Below the pieces are notes generated by a model. It saw only the letters and a list, made by a program, of their open reading frames with translations. It was not told the origin of the DNA and made no database searches. From positions 9,548,001-9,612,000 of the forward strand of contig NC_087247.1 of NCBI RefSeq assembly GCF_037042905.1: DNA of 64,000 nt, in the 5' to 3' direction. The DNA is from Lytechinus pictus (taxonomy: Eukaryota). A program made the position numbers and the translations under genes. This document shows, piece after piece, positions 23,630 through 36,592 of this stretch. The first letter of the stretch is position 1, and every line of letters begins with the position of its first letter.

Positions 23630-25673
23630 TTTCTTCGTCTGGAAATATACCGAAGAAATAAAATCCATGATGATAAACATGATGAATTTCCGTTTTCCCC
23701 TATAGATTTGTTAAATCGTCGTTCAGCAACTTAAATACCACCAAGCCTTGAAAATAAGTCACATTTTACTATTAAGCTTAAAGGGTAGATTTTGAAGCAG
23801 ATCAGCCAACGTACGATTTTAATACCATCATCACAACACTCGTGGGACTTTTCGAGCAGGAGCAGAGCACGGTGTCATACAAGTCCCCGAAGAAAATACA
23901 ATCCAGTTCTCATTCGATTCCCAAGTGTTCTTACATAGTATTTCTCAGGAGTCACAACTACAATACGTATTCACTATTGTTTTGTGAATAGTACAATCCC
24001 CAGCTGTAGAATAAAAACATTCATGATATTTGAAATTTCAAAATGAGCGCCGTATGAAAATGATCCGAGGGGGAAGGTTTACATAAACAAATAAAGGAAA
24101 GGTTTTCTAGCTTCAAATACGCCTCACTTCTCCAAATTTATTCAGGGGATAATAACTACACCCTTGAAAACCCCAAAGCCTCTTCAGAAGAGCCATTCTT
24201 TGCAAGGTGGCCTCAAGTTCACGCGTATCAATGTGCGACATCTATAGACACGCTCTCAAATATATGGGTTGATCTGATGTTGGCTTCGGCTTATCTTGGA
24301 GCAAAGAACTCCATTTGTTGGGTTTTTCATTGAGCCTTATTTCAATAGTTATATTGTCAAGTGTTTGTTTTATAAAGCTACCCAGGTCAGAGGTACTTTG
24401 TATTGTTTACGGACCTCTATTAGTCGAGAAAATATCCCCAGGAATGAAAGGCGGTACGGCAAACATGAAGAAATTCTGATAATAGAATAAGCCTATATCA
24501 AACCTTATCAAGTTGGAGAAGACGAAAAGGGAAAGACGCGATGTCGATTTGACGGTGGAACTCAGACGCCCTGCCGATTATTAGACCGTCTCTTTTTGAT
24601 CTATGCAGTAAATACACACATCTAGTAAAACATCAATATTCCATTCGATTCATTAAATTAGATCTCCAGATTACACGATCAATAATCACTTCTGAATTAA
24701 GTAGGCAAATGTAGATTACAGAAACAGATTTTTAGGTTTTCGAGTTCTCTAAACTTTTTGTCATTTAAACAAAAATCATGTCAATTAAAAAAAAAATGAG
24801 AGTTTTTGTATCGTTAAAAATGTGATGATCATTTTGAATAGGTCTGAGAGTTAACTGAACTGTCTCCAATTAGGCTTTGACAGCTTTAACTTATTTCTAT
24901 TCATTTCGATAATTAAATGTAGGGAATAATCACTTTGGCACACTAATATCTAGGAATAAGGTTCCGTTTGTACAACCTTAAATATGATTTTAACAGAGTA
25001 AACTTTGGCACGAAATCTTAAAAAAAATACACTTACAATTTGATATTTGAAACCAATTATATCAATAACATAGTGATCTTCTGTTGCCATATCAAAATAC
25101 ATTGATGATAATAAAAACAATAATAATACCTATTTTTATATAGCGCTTTTCCCATAATGGCCCAAAGCGCTTTACAGCATATTATTAAAGTAGGCAAGCT
25201 AATGAAACACGATAATATAAAATATGATTAGGGAAAAATAATGAAAGCCAAACAACGGAACATGATAAAGGAAATAATATAAATTAAACAGAAGACACTG
25301 GAAATCGTAACTTCATAAAACCAACTAATTTCCTAAGTGGTAATAACAAAATAATTTATTCTGCGAGTTATTCAAATTGCAATACACATGTCTGTGCATA
25401 TTTATGTGTGTGCAACGTACGAGGGCGAATATATGTAGGTGCGCGCGAGTGTGAGTGTGGGTTTGTGTGTGCATTGCGCGTTGGCTCAAGTGTGAGTGCG
25501 TGTGAGTGTGGAGGAGGGCGTGGATATGAATGGGAGAGTATATGGAGCGAAAGTGAAAGAGATGAAGTGAGACGACGTAGGGATTGTGTGTGGGTGTGGG
25601 CTTGAATGAGGGAGAATATGGAGACGAAATTGAACCTCCAGGAAGAACAGACCCGTTATATCATTAAGTATAA

Positions 25674-26277
25674 AGGGATGGTCCGGGCTGAAAATTATTA
25701 TATCTCAATAATTAGAGTAAAATTCACAAAAAAATGCTGAAAATTTCATCAAAATCGGATAACAAATAACGAAGTTATTGAATTTTAAAGTTTAGCAATA
25801 TTTTGTGAAAAAAGTATTATGCACATCGTCATGAATATTCATGAGGTGGGCTGGGAATGTCACATCCCCACGTTCCGTTTTCTTATGTTGTTACATGAAA
25901 TCGTAGATGTTTCATTTTTCATACATGTGTAAATGACGTGTCTCCATTATGATGAAATATGTTGTGACAGTAAATAACTAATGCACTCAATCAGTTGTCA
26001 ATCTTATTGTTTTAGTTCTTGGTAGAAAAAATTTGAATAAACATAATTTCATATAATAAAATAAAAAAGAACAAGTGGGGATATGACATCATCAGCCCAT
26101 CAAATGAATATTTCATAAAGACATGCCTAGAACTGTTTCACCGAAATAATGCAAATCTTTAAAATTTTCAATAACTTCGTTATTTGTTATTCGATTTTGA
26201 TCAAATTTTCAGCATTTTGCTTTGTGAATTTGACTCTATTTATTGACATAAAACTATATCCAGCCTGGACCATCCCT
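25674..26277. mobile_element. TTAA-type MITE, family D copy 1
   Basis: agggatggtccgggctg ... cagcctggaccatccct-TTAA; related copy at 62718-63145. Confidence 0.85.
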
Positions 26278-26496
26278 TTAATATTTGTACAATATGTTTT
26301 GTTATTTTTGTACGGTAAATAAAACCAAACCGAACCAAGAAGGCGAGAGAGATGGAGGGAGAATGAGTTGGTGGCGACTGTCGAGGAAGCGTGACGGCTT
26401 AGGGACTTTGTGTGCGTGTGTAGATGTGGGTTGTGTGGGTGTGGGTTTTCATTACAGGTCTAAGGAGTGATGGGTTGTGAAGGGCAACAATTAAGG

Positions 26497-26963
26497 GGTT
26501 ACACTTCGTAATTCCGAAGGTTCATAATTCCGAAGGTTCTTTATTCCGACGGTTCGTAATTCCGAAACACGTAAATTGCCTATACCTCGATGTTCGTTAA
26601 TCCGAAAACGTAAAAGGGTTCGTTAATCAGAACATTTGTGGCGTTATTCCGAAGGTTCGTCAATCCGAAAACGACATAAGGTTCGTTGTTCCGAAGGTTC
26701 GTTAATCCGAAAACGAAATAAGGTTCGTTGTTCCGAAGGTTCGTTAGTCCGAAAACGAAATAAGGTTCGTTAATCATTAGTTTTCGGACTAACAAACCTT
26801 CGGAATTACGAACCTCATTTCGTTTTCGGATTAACGAACCTTCGGAATTACGAACCTCACTTCGTTTTCGGACTAACGAACCTTCGGAATTACGAACCTC
26901 ATTTCGTTTTCGGACTAACGAACCTTCGGAATTACGAAGCTTCGGAATTACGAATGTATGCGA
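26497..26963. mobile_element. Foldback-like element of inverted tandem repeats, 8-bp TSD
   Basis: Arrays of ttcgtaattccgaagg inverted about the centre; TSD aattaagg at 26489-26496 and 26964-26971. Confidence 0.75.
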
Positions 26964-29139
26964 AATTAAGGTCGGTGTAGGTACTTGGTATGAAAGCAAA
27001 TTGACTTCTATAGTTTCTTGCATGTTCATGCTATTAAGTGAAAAGGTCTGATTGCATAATCTATTTTAATTAATGTAGTCCATTGTAAATGTCAAATGTT
27101 TATGTACTGGATTTGAGTTATTAGAAATTATTTATATTTCTATCAGATTATAATATCGGTGAAATCAACTATAGATAATTAAAAAAAAAAAATTATGTTT
27201 CTGTCATAAGCGTGTGTGTTCGAGAGAGGGGATGGTTCTTCCTGTGTATGATCCAAACATATCAATGTATATTCAATCAATTTTTCGCTCTGCCTCATAA
27301 GGGAGGGTTCAAGGACACATTAACTATAATGAAAAACCCCGTCAGATGACAAAGAACATCTGGTGTCTTTGTCGAAAATTGATGCACTGGAACCGCAGTT
27401 TCTTCGCAAGTTTCGGAGCAGACGAAAATTGCAAATTTATCGTTTGTCCATATTCAAGTTCAGTTCAAGGTTGATAGTTCCGTTTGGATAAAAATAGGGT
27501 AATGGTTTGATGAAATTACATTATATTAAAAGATTTAAAAGAAGTTTCTTTTACTAGGCTAATGTGTTGAAAATAAGCCCGTTACTCTATTTTCACCCAA
27601 ACTGAACCTTGTATAAGAAGTGAGTTTGAATTGAAGTTTCAAACATGGTATGCAAAAGTATATTAAAAAATATTATTTGGTATACACATTTGCAGCCATG
27701 ACGAGGATTGTTCATGTAAAAATATCCATTCGAATTTAATGTAAAGAACGCCAACAATTAGCTATCCATTGGGAGCTTTTCACGAAGCGTTATATTCATT
27801 GACAATTTTTATATAGGCTTTACAGCCAATCAGATACAAGCATTTCAGTAACTTCCCTGTTCTCAATGACAATTACTTCAATAAAAAGTTGCCCTGATTT
27901 TCTATACTTCCATGAACTGTTTGATATTGGGACTTTTCACAAGTAATCTTGAATCATCATTGTAATGATGATTGCAATTCGTCTTTAGAATCATCGGACC
28001 TTTCACACGGAAAATTCGTACAGTAATTTGAGTGAAACTTAAGTGGAATTCACCTCCGGAGCAGAATTTGAATTCGTGATTGTGATTAGCGTTTGGTTTC
28101 ACACGTGCTAAAAATTCGTCATTAGCCTTATTTTTCACTGGAATCATCATTCAAATTACGACCTTATTTAGCGTGTGAAAGGGTGGATTCACTGATTGAA
28201 GGTGAATTCAGGTATGCGGAATGCATTCAAATTGAAAAGTGTGCAATGATGATTTCAAATCGTCTGAAGAAAGATCCTGAAAATTGACATTCTCAACATA
28301 GTGCGATTAAACCGTTGTCATTATGGGAACACGTAGCTGGAATAGATATCAGCAAAAGGTGAATGACAAATAAAATGTAACTGCCTTTAATATTGCTAGA
28401 TCGTTTAAGAATGCATAGTTTCTCAGACGACCATGGGGATCCTATACGGTTCGTCATATTGTATTGAAATGAGAATAATGCGTGACATTTGAAAGCAAAA
28501 CATGACCCTCCCATCTCCTCCAGTCTAACGACACCTTGAATTATCAAGACCATGAGGTTGGCATGTGTTAATGAAGACGTTTTTAACGATAAGTACTTTC
28601 ATGCGCGTTTGTACCTATTCAAATTAATCTTTTGAGGAATCCTGATGGGATCCAGTCTGCAAATATTTATTCTTAATATGCTTGACAGGTCGTAAAGAAC
28701 AATATAACCTTTGCTTAAAAAGTGAGAAAATACATTCTAAACAGGTCCGTATAATGATATGCCTGCCCAATGGGCAATTAAACAATTAAGAGTACCAACA
28801 ACGAGTTCCTTCATCCACATGTTGGTGATTGCTTTTCAATCTCCAGCATAATTATAAATAGAGTACATTAGGTCTATTTTGAATGCGAAATATGTTCTGT
28901 TGCATTCTTTAGAAACTGAACAAAACCTAGGCAAGAAGCTATTTCACTGTCAAGGGTATTAAGCGCGCAACTTATGTCCAAAAAAATATTTAAGAGTCTG
29001 TGTGGGGTGGATGGGTGTGTGTATGAGAGGGTGAACACGCGCGTGTGTGAATGAGTGTATGTGTGAGGGTGTGTGTGTTTGTAGGTGTGTTGTGTGTGAG
29101 TGTGTGGGTGGGTGTGTGTGTTGATCAGGGAATGCTCAC

Positions 29140-29509
29140 CTCTTCTTTCCTTGTTGTAGAGGTCAGCTTCAACAAGTTTGGGCTTATCAGCGAAGTCCAA
29201 TCCTTTCTTGACGAGCAATGTCTTGATCATTTCGGCTCCACAGACCACCACGTCGTTTGAAAACCCAATCTTCACGCCATACACCGGTCCATACTCCTTA
29301 CCCCAACGCATCAACTTCTCGGCGAATGCATCGTCCTGCTCGAGGTCGAGGACATTCCCGAAGATGGGAAGTCCTCGAGGACCCGGAGGGAAGTCCTTTG
29401 GTTTCTGATGAAGCCAGGAGATGACGAGGACAACGACGACGAGGACGAGAATGATGGAAGTCGTCCATGAAAGCAGTGCAGACAGCAGGCTACCAAAGGA
29501 AAACGCCAT
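29140..29509 (-). CDS. CYP2-like exon 1 of 6
   Basis: MAFSFGSLL... membrane anchor, PPGPRGLPIFGN proline-rich hinge, YGPVY, FADKP; gtgag donor, phase 1. Exons 370+143+522+182+119+185=1521 nt give 506 aa with no internal stop. Confidence 0.95.
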
Positions 29510-32500
29510 TACAGTGGTTTGTAGCTTTTCACGCAGGGCAAGCTACCTGATTGATAGAAGAAAATACAAAGATCGTTACAGAGATACACCACTGATAAAG
29601 CACTCGGTTTGAACATTTTCCTACTTAATCTTAAGAGAAGGGGATGAGGAAAGTGAAATACATTGAAGAAGGCAGACCGGCCTTCCTATACTTACGATAG
29701 TCTTATAACACCTTCCTTGTCGAGTGAACGTAGGTCTGTTATTCCATTATCTGGTAAATGATAAAATGAGCATTTGTATAAACAGTAGCTGACGCTCTAC
29801 GACCGATAAGGGTAACACCGATGAAAGGGAGTTAACCCTACGATTTAACTCATTACTACATACTTAACAACTGTTTGCTTTTTCCCCAGTCCAACGAAAT
29901 CGAAGAAATCTCACTCCAGTGATAATTACTTAATGAATAACTGAAAGCAAGACAAAAGAGATTCCCTATGTGATCCATCCGTTCAAGCATTTACCAAACA
30001 ACAACCAACCTTCCGTGTAACTTAAAAAGAACTTTGATCTCTGGTGTAGGCTTTACATACGACAACGCACGACAAAAACAAAGAAAACGTCATAAGTAAT
30101 TACATTGCACTTTGTTTTCTATATGGGAACGGAGGCATAAATTGTCGCAGCATTTTTCCCCCGAGGGTATAGAATCCAAACAGAAGCAAACTCAGATGCT
30201 ATACACGAGGAAAAAAGAAATGCACTTTTCATCTTCTTCGATGTCTCTTAATGAAAAGTGATAAAGTATTTTTCATAAAGAGGCAACAACATAGCTTAAC
30301 AAGCCATCTTATTGTGTTGTCTTATTTGAAACGATGTAGAGAGTACAAGTGACATAAAAGGTTTTTGATGATTCAAATAAATGGAAATTATCTCTTAATA
30401 TGATTCTTTTATTGTGCCTGTCTTTCCTGAAGGGGGAACGTGGGATACTCGGGTTATACGTGTATAGTGAACCTTGGCAATGTGAGATAAAAATATATAA
30501 TATGACTACTTAGTTCTCCAATAAATAAATTATACGTTATGTTGTTTTTACCTTGCTTGATCTAATGAATACCGTAATTCAAGATCCGAAATATTCAACA
30601 ATTTATAGCGTAACCTTGGTAACGTACGATATCTTCTTTTTCATTTTCAATAGTCATACCAGGAAAATGGGGAAACTGATCCCTCGTTATGTCCGAAAAG
30701 CACATATTTCTGTATTGTGTTACATTGATTGAGCTTTGAGCTAAACATTCCAGTCTAAATTGATTTTATTGACAAATACTAATCAAATGGAGGATGATGA
30801 TGTCAAGGACTCATATCATCTACTTATTACCTGATTATAATAAAGAAACCAAAGTTTAAAAGGCCTTTATAGGATTATAATTTTCTTTATAGAGTGAAGG
30901 TCTAACAATGCCTCAAATTACGACCACTTATGTGATTTTTGGCTTAAGTTTACTTAAAATAGAATCTTAGTGGTTGTGTGTATCGCGCGATTAATGCGAT
31001 TTAATTGCTCTCGGGGAGAAATTCCAATTGCTTCTGCATGGTGAAAGGATAACTATACTCAGAGTACACAACCTTATCAAATGAATTCTAAAGCTCTTCA
31101 TTTAGTGATTTATTTGACCTTCTTGAGATGGAAAACTTTTTAAAATCTGAAATACTATAGATCAGCTGAAAAGTTCAAATTAAAGGAATTAAATATATCC
31201 ATTGAATTCGACAAAAAGTATAAAAGGTTTGTGAAATCAAGATACTGACAAATGACTATCAGCTCGTTATTGTCAATGGTGCAAGTATATAACAAACTAA
31301 AAATATACATTACTTCACGAGGGAAAAGATTTTTTTTTTGTCGAATCCAGACACAATTAATCCAAAGACAAATAATAAGACAACAAAGCAATTAAAAGAG
31401 TTATAAGTCTTTAGGTGTAGAATGTTTCTTCTCAAAGAAACTCATATCATGCAAGTTAATCAGTTGCCTGGTTTGAAGCTACCGTTTCCACACTCTTAAA
31501 ATCGTTGGGCAAAAAATGCCCAACTTTTAACCAACCCTGGGCAACATACTGTCCCCACAACTATTGGTTAAAATCTGCCCAATTCGCATACAATATTACA
31601 TCTGACCTGTCCTAGCTCTAAAAATACTTGTCTCTGAATTTAAAAAAAAAAAATCGGAAATAGTCATATAAACTAGTTCATTTTTTGTTTCCACTTTAAT
31701 GGCGTCCATTTAACAGTAAATTGTCTTGAACAACTAAATTATTCTTCTCCAGATAGAATATATATTTACTTAACCTTAATAGCTAACGTGTTTGGTATTC
31801 ATTGTGTCGCCATTGTATTCATGTCTTCTATCTATAAATACATCACTAATTGGACGTTTGCCCTTCAACGTGGTGAAAGATATACATGAAGGTGATATAT
31901 GTATTTCGATGTGGCACCACAAAAGGATTCATAATTAATTAATGTTATTTCATTGTACAAGTTATTTGACTACTTTAGATTTAGATTTGGATATACTGAT
32001 TTCCGTTTAAATTTTTCAAAATAACAGAGTCAAATATATTACAAGAAACAGACTTTGCATTTGAAGTGGATAAAATATCTGAATTATTTTGAGCTCAAAA
32101 TAAATTCAAAGAGATGAATTTGATATAGAAAACACTGTGCTCACTATAATGATGGAATTTTCATTACTTTGTTACGGTGTTTTTTTTTGGTATGTTTTAA
32201 TCTGCCAATCACATTTATAATGAAAGCAAATTATGTTAGCCCAAATATATTCATCTTTTAAATTTTATAGGCTTTAAATGGAATTGTTCAGAATGATACT
32301 TAATATACAGCGCATATATAGGGACATACAATCCGCTTTGTACATGTATGCCTCTCAATGACAAATATACGTAACTGTTAAAACTATATCAATCCATTAG
32401 CAGGATCAAGCGTAATAAAAGAGAAAAAAAATGAATTTTAGATTTTGAATACTAGGTTCTTTTTAGAGCGCATCACTATATACGTACATCAGACTGTATG

Positions 32501-32819
32501 TCCATATGCGCCAAAGTTATAGAAAAATATAAGTATCACGTAGCTGATTTTAATTAAATTATATAAGCTTTCGGCCTGTAACAATACATGCCCACTTCAG
32601 GGATCTGAGGAGTTAACAAGAAAAAAATTGTTATATGTAGCATTTCAATCTGTATATATGATATTGAGAGAATAATACCCCAAGAATGAGTGATTGACAT
32701 TGCTAATCATGCTAAGATCATTGATGTATATATATAAATATAAATACAAATTAAATTGGGATGTATCAAGTTCAGGGAAAGTGCTCGATGTTTCAACTGA
32801 AGCAGAGCGTTGTATAAAT

Positions 32820-32902
32820 TTTCCTCACCTCTGGTCTTCAGTGTCCTGATGAGCCGCCTGTGATCGAGGCGCGAAACCATTGGTAGACCAGAGGTGAGGA
32901 AA
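32820..32902 (+). ncRNA. Minimal type-I hammerhead ribozyme (Penelope-like element type)
   Basis: CTGATGA (32846-52), stem II gccgcct/aggcgc, GAAA (32873-76), short stem III ACC-att-GGT, cleavage triplet GTA, stem I gtc/gac extended by tttcctcacctctg/cagaggtgaggaaa. Confidence 0.8.
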
Positions 32903-32912
32903 GTTTCTATAA

Positions 32913-32916
<4 letters not shown>

Positions 32917-32995
<79 letters not shown>
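32917..32995. repeat. (TA)n microsatellite
   Basis: Directly visible. Confidence 0.95.
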
Positions 32996-32997
<2 letters not shown>

Positions 32998-34078
32998 TTC
33001 ATTCAAAACTTAATAAATATCGAAAATGCTTATAAATTTTCGTTCATAAGCTTAAACTTCAGCGGAGCCATGATTGTGACAGCTCACAACTTTCCACAAA
33101 TAATAACAAACGAGAAGCAAACGAAATTTAATTAATTAAGACAAGGTTAAGTTAAAAAGAAAAACGATATTGAATCCCATTTCAATTAAGATTCCATATA
33201 GAAATTTTTTTTAAACGCAATAAAGAAATCTACATATTTTTTGAAGTCTATGTTTATACAAAACTAAAATAATGACGATAATTAAAAAAAAACGAAAACA
33301 TATTCTTACCTGTATGGCACGGAGGAAGGCAGTGCTCAGGTGTCTTGGGTTCTCATATCTACGGGGAAGTTTTGAGAGATGATGAAAAAGTTTGGTTCCT
33401 CAAAAATTGGTCCAACCGTGACGAAACTAGAGGTTGAGCAAGCTCCGGCGTCGACGGTGGTAGAGACGGGGGTAGAGAAGAGATACTGTGACCCTTGTTG
33501 GATGGAGTGGCCAACCAAGAACAAAGGTCAGACCAAGACTGACACACGTAGAGAGAAGTTTTATCAATATTACATCGGCGATGATTTGTATTATGTATGG
33601 ATGAAAGGATTACAAAAGGGGGGTGCTTTGGCACCCCGATTCGCATCGCGAGGGGTGCGCAAACCCAGCTCGTGTTCAGACGGCCGTGTGTTTACTTGCT
33701 CTTATAGGAAAGGGTAAATACGCGGAACATTTCGTGGCCATGATACGTTTGGATCATAAATTACTGATGAAAAAAAAAAGTATTTTCTGGGTCATGTTAG
33801 CGCACGGGGGTACCCATTATTTTTCCTTTGTTGGGCGTGGTCTAAAAAAACAGCACTTAACAAGAGCAGATGGCATGTCTATTCTTATTCTCTGTTATTT
33901 CGTTGTCTTTTTCATTAACCACATATCGTAAATTTTGTTATCCATATGTGGGCCTATGTTAAAGAGAGTATAAACTGACGTGATTTTTGCAAAAGAAAGT
34001 CAAGATAATGACTTTAAAACACTTTTAAAGCACTTAATCTATTCGGAATTCCCGTTAATGTTATAATGATGTTTTCAA

Positions 34079-34257
34079 NNNNNNNNNNNNNNNNNNNNNN
34101 NNNNNNNNNNNNNNNNNNNNNNNNNNNNNNNNNNNNNNNNNNNNNNNNNNNNNNNNNNNNNNNNNNNNNNNNNNNNNNNNNNNNNNNNNNNNNNNNNNNN
34201 NNNNNNNNNNNNNNNNNNNNNNNNNNNNNNNNNNNNNNNNNNNNNNNNNNNNNNNNN
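34079..34257. other. Assembly gap
   Basis: N run. Confidence 1.
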
Positions 34258-34616
34258 TATTCTGAAAAGAAATTGATACCAGATACTTAAGGTCCACAAA
34301 GAAGACTAGATAATTTCACCAGAATCGTTCATGTAAGATTGAATATCAATATAGATGGAAAACAAATAATTCCAATATTCAAAAATGAAAAAAAAGACCG
34401 GGCTCACCCCCCCCCCCGCGACCCTTTCCTTCTATTGCCACCATTTTGCAAACGCATCAGTATTGAACTTCAACGAAGCCATGATTGTGACAGCTCACAA
34501 CTCATACGAAGCAAACGAGATTCACTTAATTAAGAAAAGATTTAGTTAACAGCTAAAAAAAAGATATACAGATAAAATAATAACTGTACTATACTTGCTG
34601 TGGATTTTTTTTCTAT

Positions 34617-36592
34617 ATTCAATTCAATTCAATTCTTTTATTTCATTTCCATTCAAAAAACATAATACAAAGTAATATAAAGTAATACAAATCAAGTACA
34701 ATTTTACAGAAGGGCATTCTTACTTCGTAAAAAAAAACAAGACAGAAAAATACAGTATAATATAGAGCATAAATGGAAATGAGGGGGATCCACTAAAAAG
34801 CAAAGCTTGTAAAGTGTGGATGCCCCTTGGAAATGAAAAAATATAGTAGACTTATTCTGATATGCGTACATAATTATATGTATTACAGGAAAGAAAAAGA
34901 GAACAAAAGAAATCATACGGATGCAAATATAATTACTGAACTAATGCAAAGCTTTTCACACAAAGAGGTCTTCGTAGTAAAGGATGTGTTGCGCAAGACA
35001 GAAGAAAGGAAAGAAAGAAAAAAAAGAAAAAAAAACAGAAAGAGAGAGAGGGGATGACAAGACATAGAAGACAAGACAAAACAAAAGACAGGACAGTACA
35101 AGACAAGATAACTACTTTATAAAAGGAGGAATACTAAGAATGGGAAAGGGCTGACCACGAACCAGCTTGATCTGGTGAAATGACAAAAGATGATATAACT
35201 GGACAATATCAGATGAAAAAAGATAAAACAATAAAAGTGAAAAATGTAATGATTAAAATCAAGATAATGAAGTGTTAGTTCCGTTGCGAAGAATTATAGG
35301 AATTAAGCAGGATAAGTTTGAGTTTATGTTTGAATGAATTTAAGGAGACACTGTCTTTAATATTATTAGCTAGTGAGTTCCAGAATTTAGGACCGTTGAA
35401 AAGGAATGTATTTTTGGCCAGTAAAGTTCTGTAAAGTGGAATGTGAAGTTCGTCAGAGTGTCTCGTGGGGTAGTTATGATAAAATTGATTTTTAGGGAAC
35501 ATGGCATCAAAAATATGGGGAAGTGCATTATTATTATAACTATACATGAAGTGCCCTAACTGTAGTAAATACAGGTCTTTGACTTTCAACAGTTTACTTT
35601 CTAGAAAAAGTGGGTCCGTATGAGAACGGAAACATGTACTATAAATAATACGAAGTGCTTTCTTTTGCAAAAGCAACAATTTGTCTAATAAGTATTGATG
35701 GGTATCACCCCAAATAAGAATCCCGTAGTTTAAATAAGGCAAGATTAAGGATGAGTAGAGCATGATTAGTGATGTGGAGGGAATGCAAAATTTTAGCCTA
35801 TTAATAATACCTATATTTCGTGAAATTATTTTGGATATATTTTCAATATGATTTTTCCAAGAAAGTTTACTGTCAACTGTTATACCAAGAAATTTGGTGT
35901 AAGGTACCATTTGTAATAAGGTATTATCAAACATAATGTTCATCGGTAACTTGTCTATGGAATTACTAAATAACATGTATTTTGTTTTGTTAAGGTTCAA
36001 AGATAATCGATTGGCTCTTATCCATTCAGTAACATTAATAAGTTCAGAATTGATAACATCAACTAAAGTTTGTGGATTCTGATGAGAAAAAAATAAGGTC
36101 GAATCATCTGCAAACAAGATAAGGGACAATATTTTGGATGATCTACAGAAATCATTTATATAAATTGTGAAAAGAAGTGGGCCTAATAAGCTACCCTGAG
36201 GGACTCCACAGTTAACATATTTTAAATTGGAGTTATGATCTTTAACAAACACGTATTGTTGTCTGTTGAATAAGTAACTCCTGAACCACTCCAAGGCCTT
36301 CCCTCGCACACCATAGTGAGACATTTTTTTAAGTAGGATTTCATGATTGATGGTATCGAAGGCCTTGGAGTAGTCCAGGAAAATACCCACAAGGTGACTA
36401 GATTTATCTAGAGCATTAACTACTTTGTTGACAAAATTCATCAGGGCATGAGTGGTGTTGTGCTTTTCGCGAAACCCAAATTGAACATCAGATAAAATAT
36501 TATGCATTGACAAAAATTTTTCGGTTCTAACGTATACTATTCTTTCAAGGATCTTAGAGAATGTGGACAAAAGAGAGATAGGTCGGTAATTA
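34617..36592 (-). mobile_element. 5'-truncated non-LTR retrotransposon, CR1/L2/Crack group; RT frame 36591-35275 plus ~650-bp 3' UTR
   Basis: NYRPISLLSTFSKILER, QFGFR, FLDYSKAFDTI, GVPQGSLLGPLLF, FADD, KFLGI, YGILIWG, WNSL motifs; 3' end aaatgaaataaaa(gaatt)n. Confidence 0.93.

Noticed and set aside
24160-24190. CTGAAGA hammerhead-like core on the minus strand
   Set aside because: No stem II/GAAA partner.
26580-27029. 149-aa repetitive ORF or CRISPR-like array
   Set aside because: Tandem repeats without unique spacers inside a TSD-flanked foldback element; eukaryotic context, no cas genes.
28874-29139. His/Thr-rich C-terminal extension of the 211-aa ORF
   Set aside because: Read-through into intron 1 (CA-rich repeat) past the gtgag donor.
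33379-33717. 112-aa plus-strand ORF
   Set aside because: No recognisable domain or splice context; the region looks more like a minus-strand promoter or UTR.
34061-34299. ORFs spanning N runs, also 59111-59502
   Set aside because: Assembly-gap artefacts.
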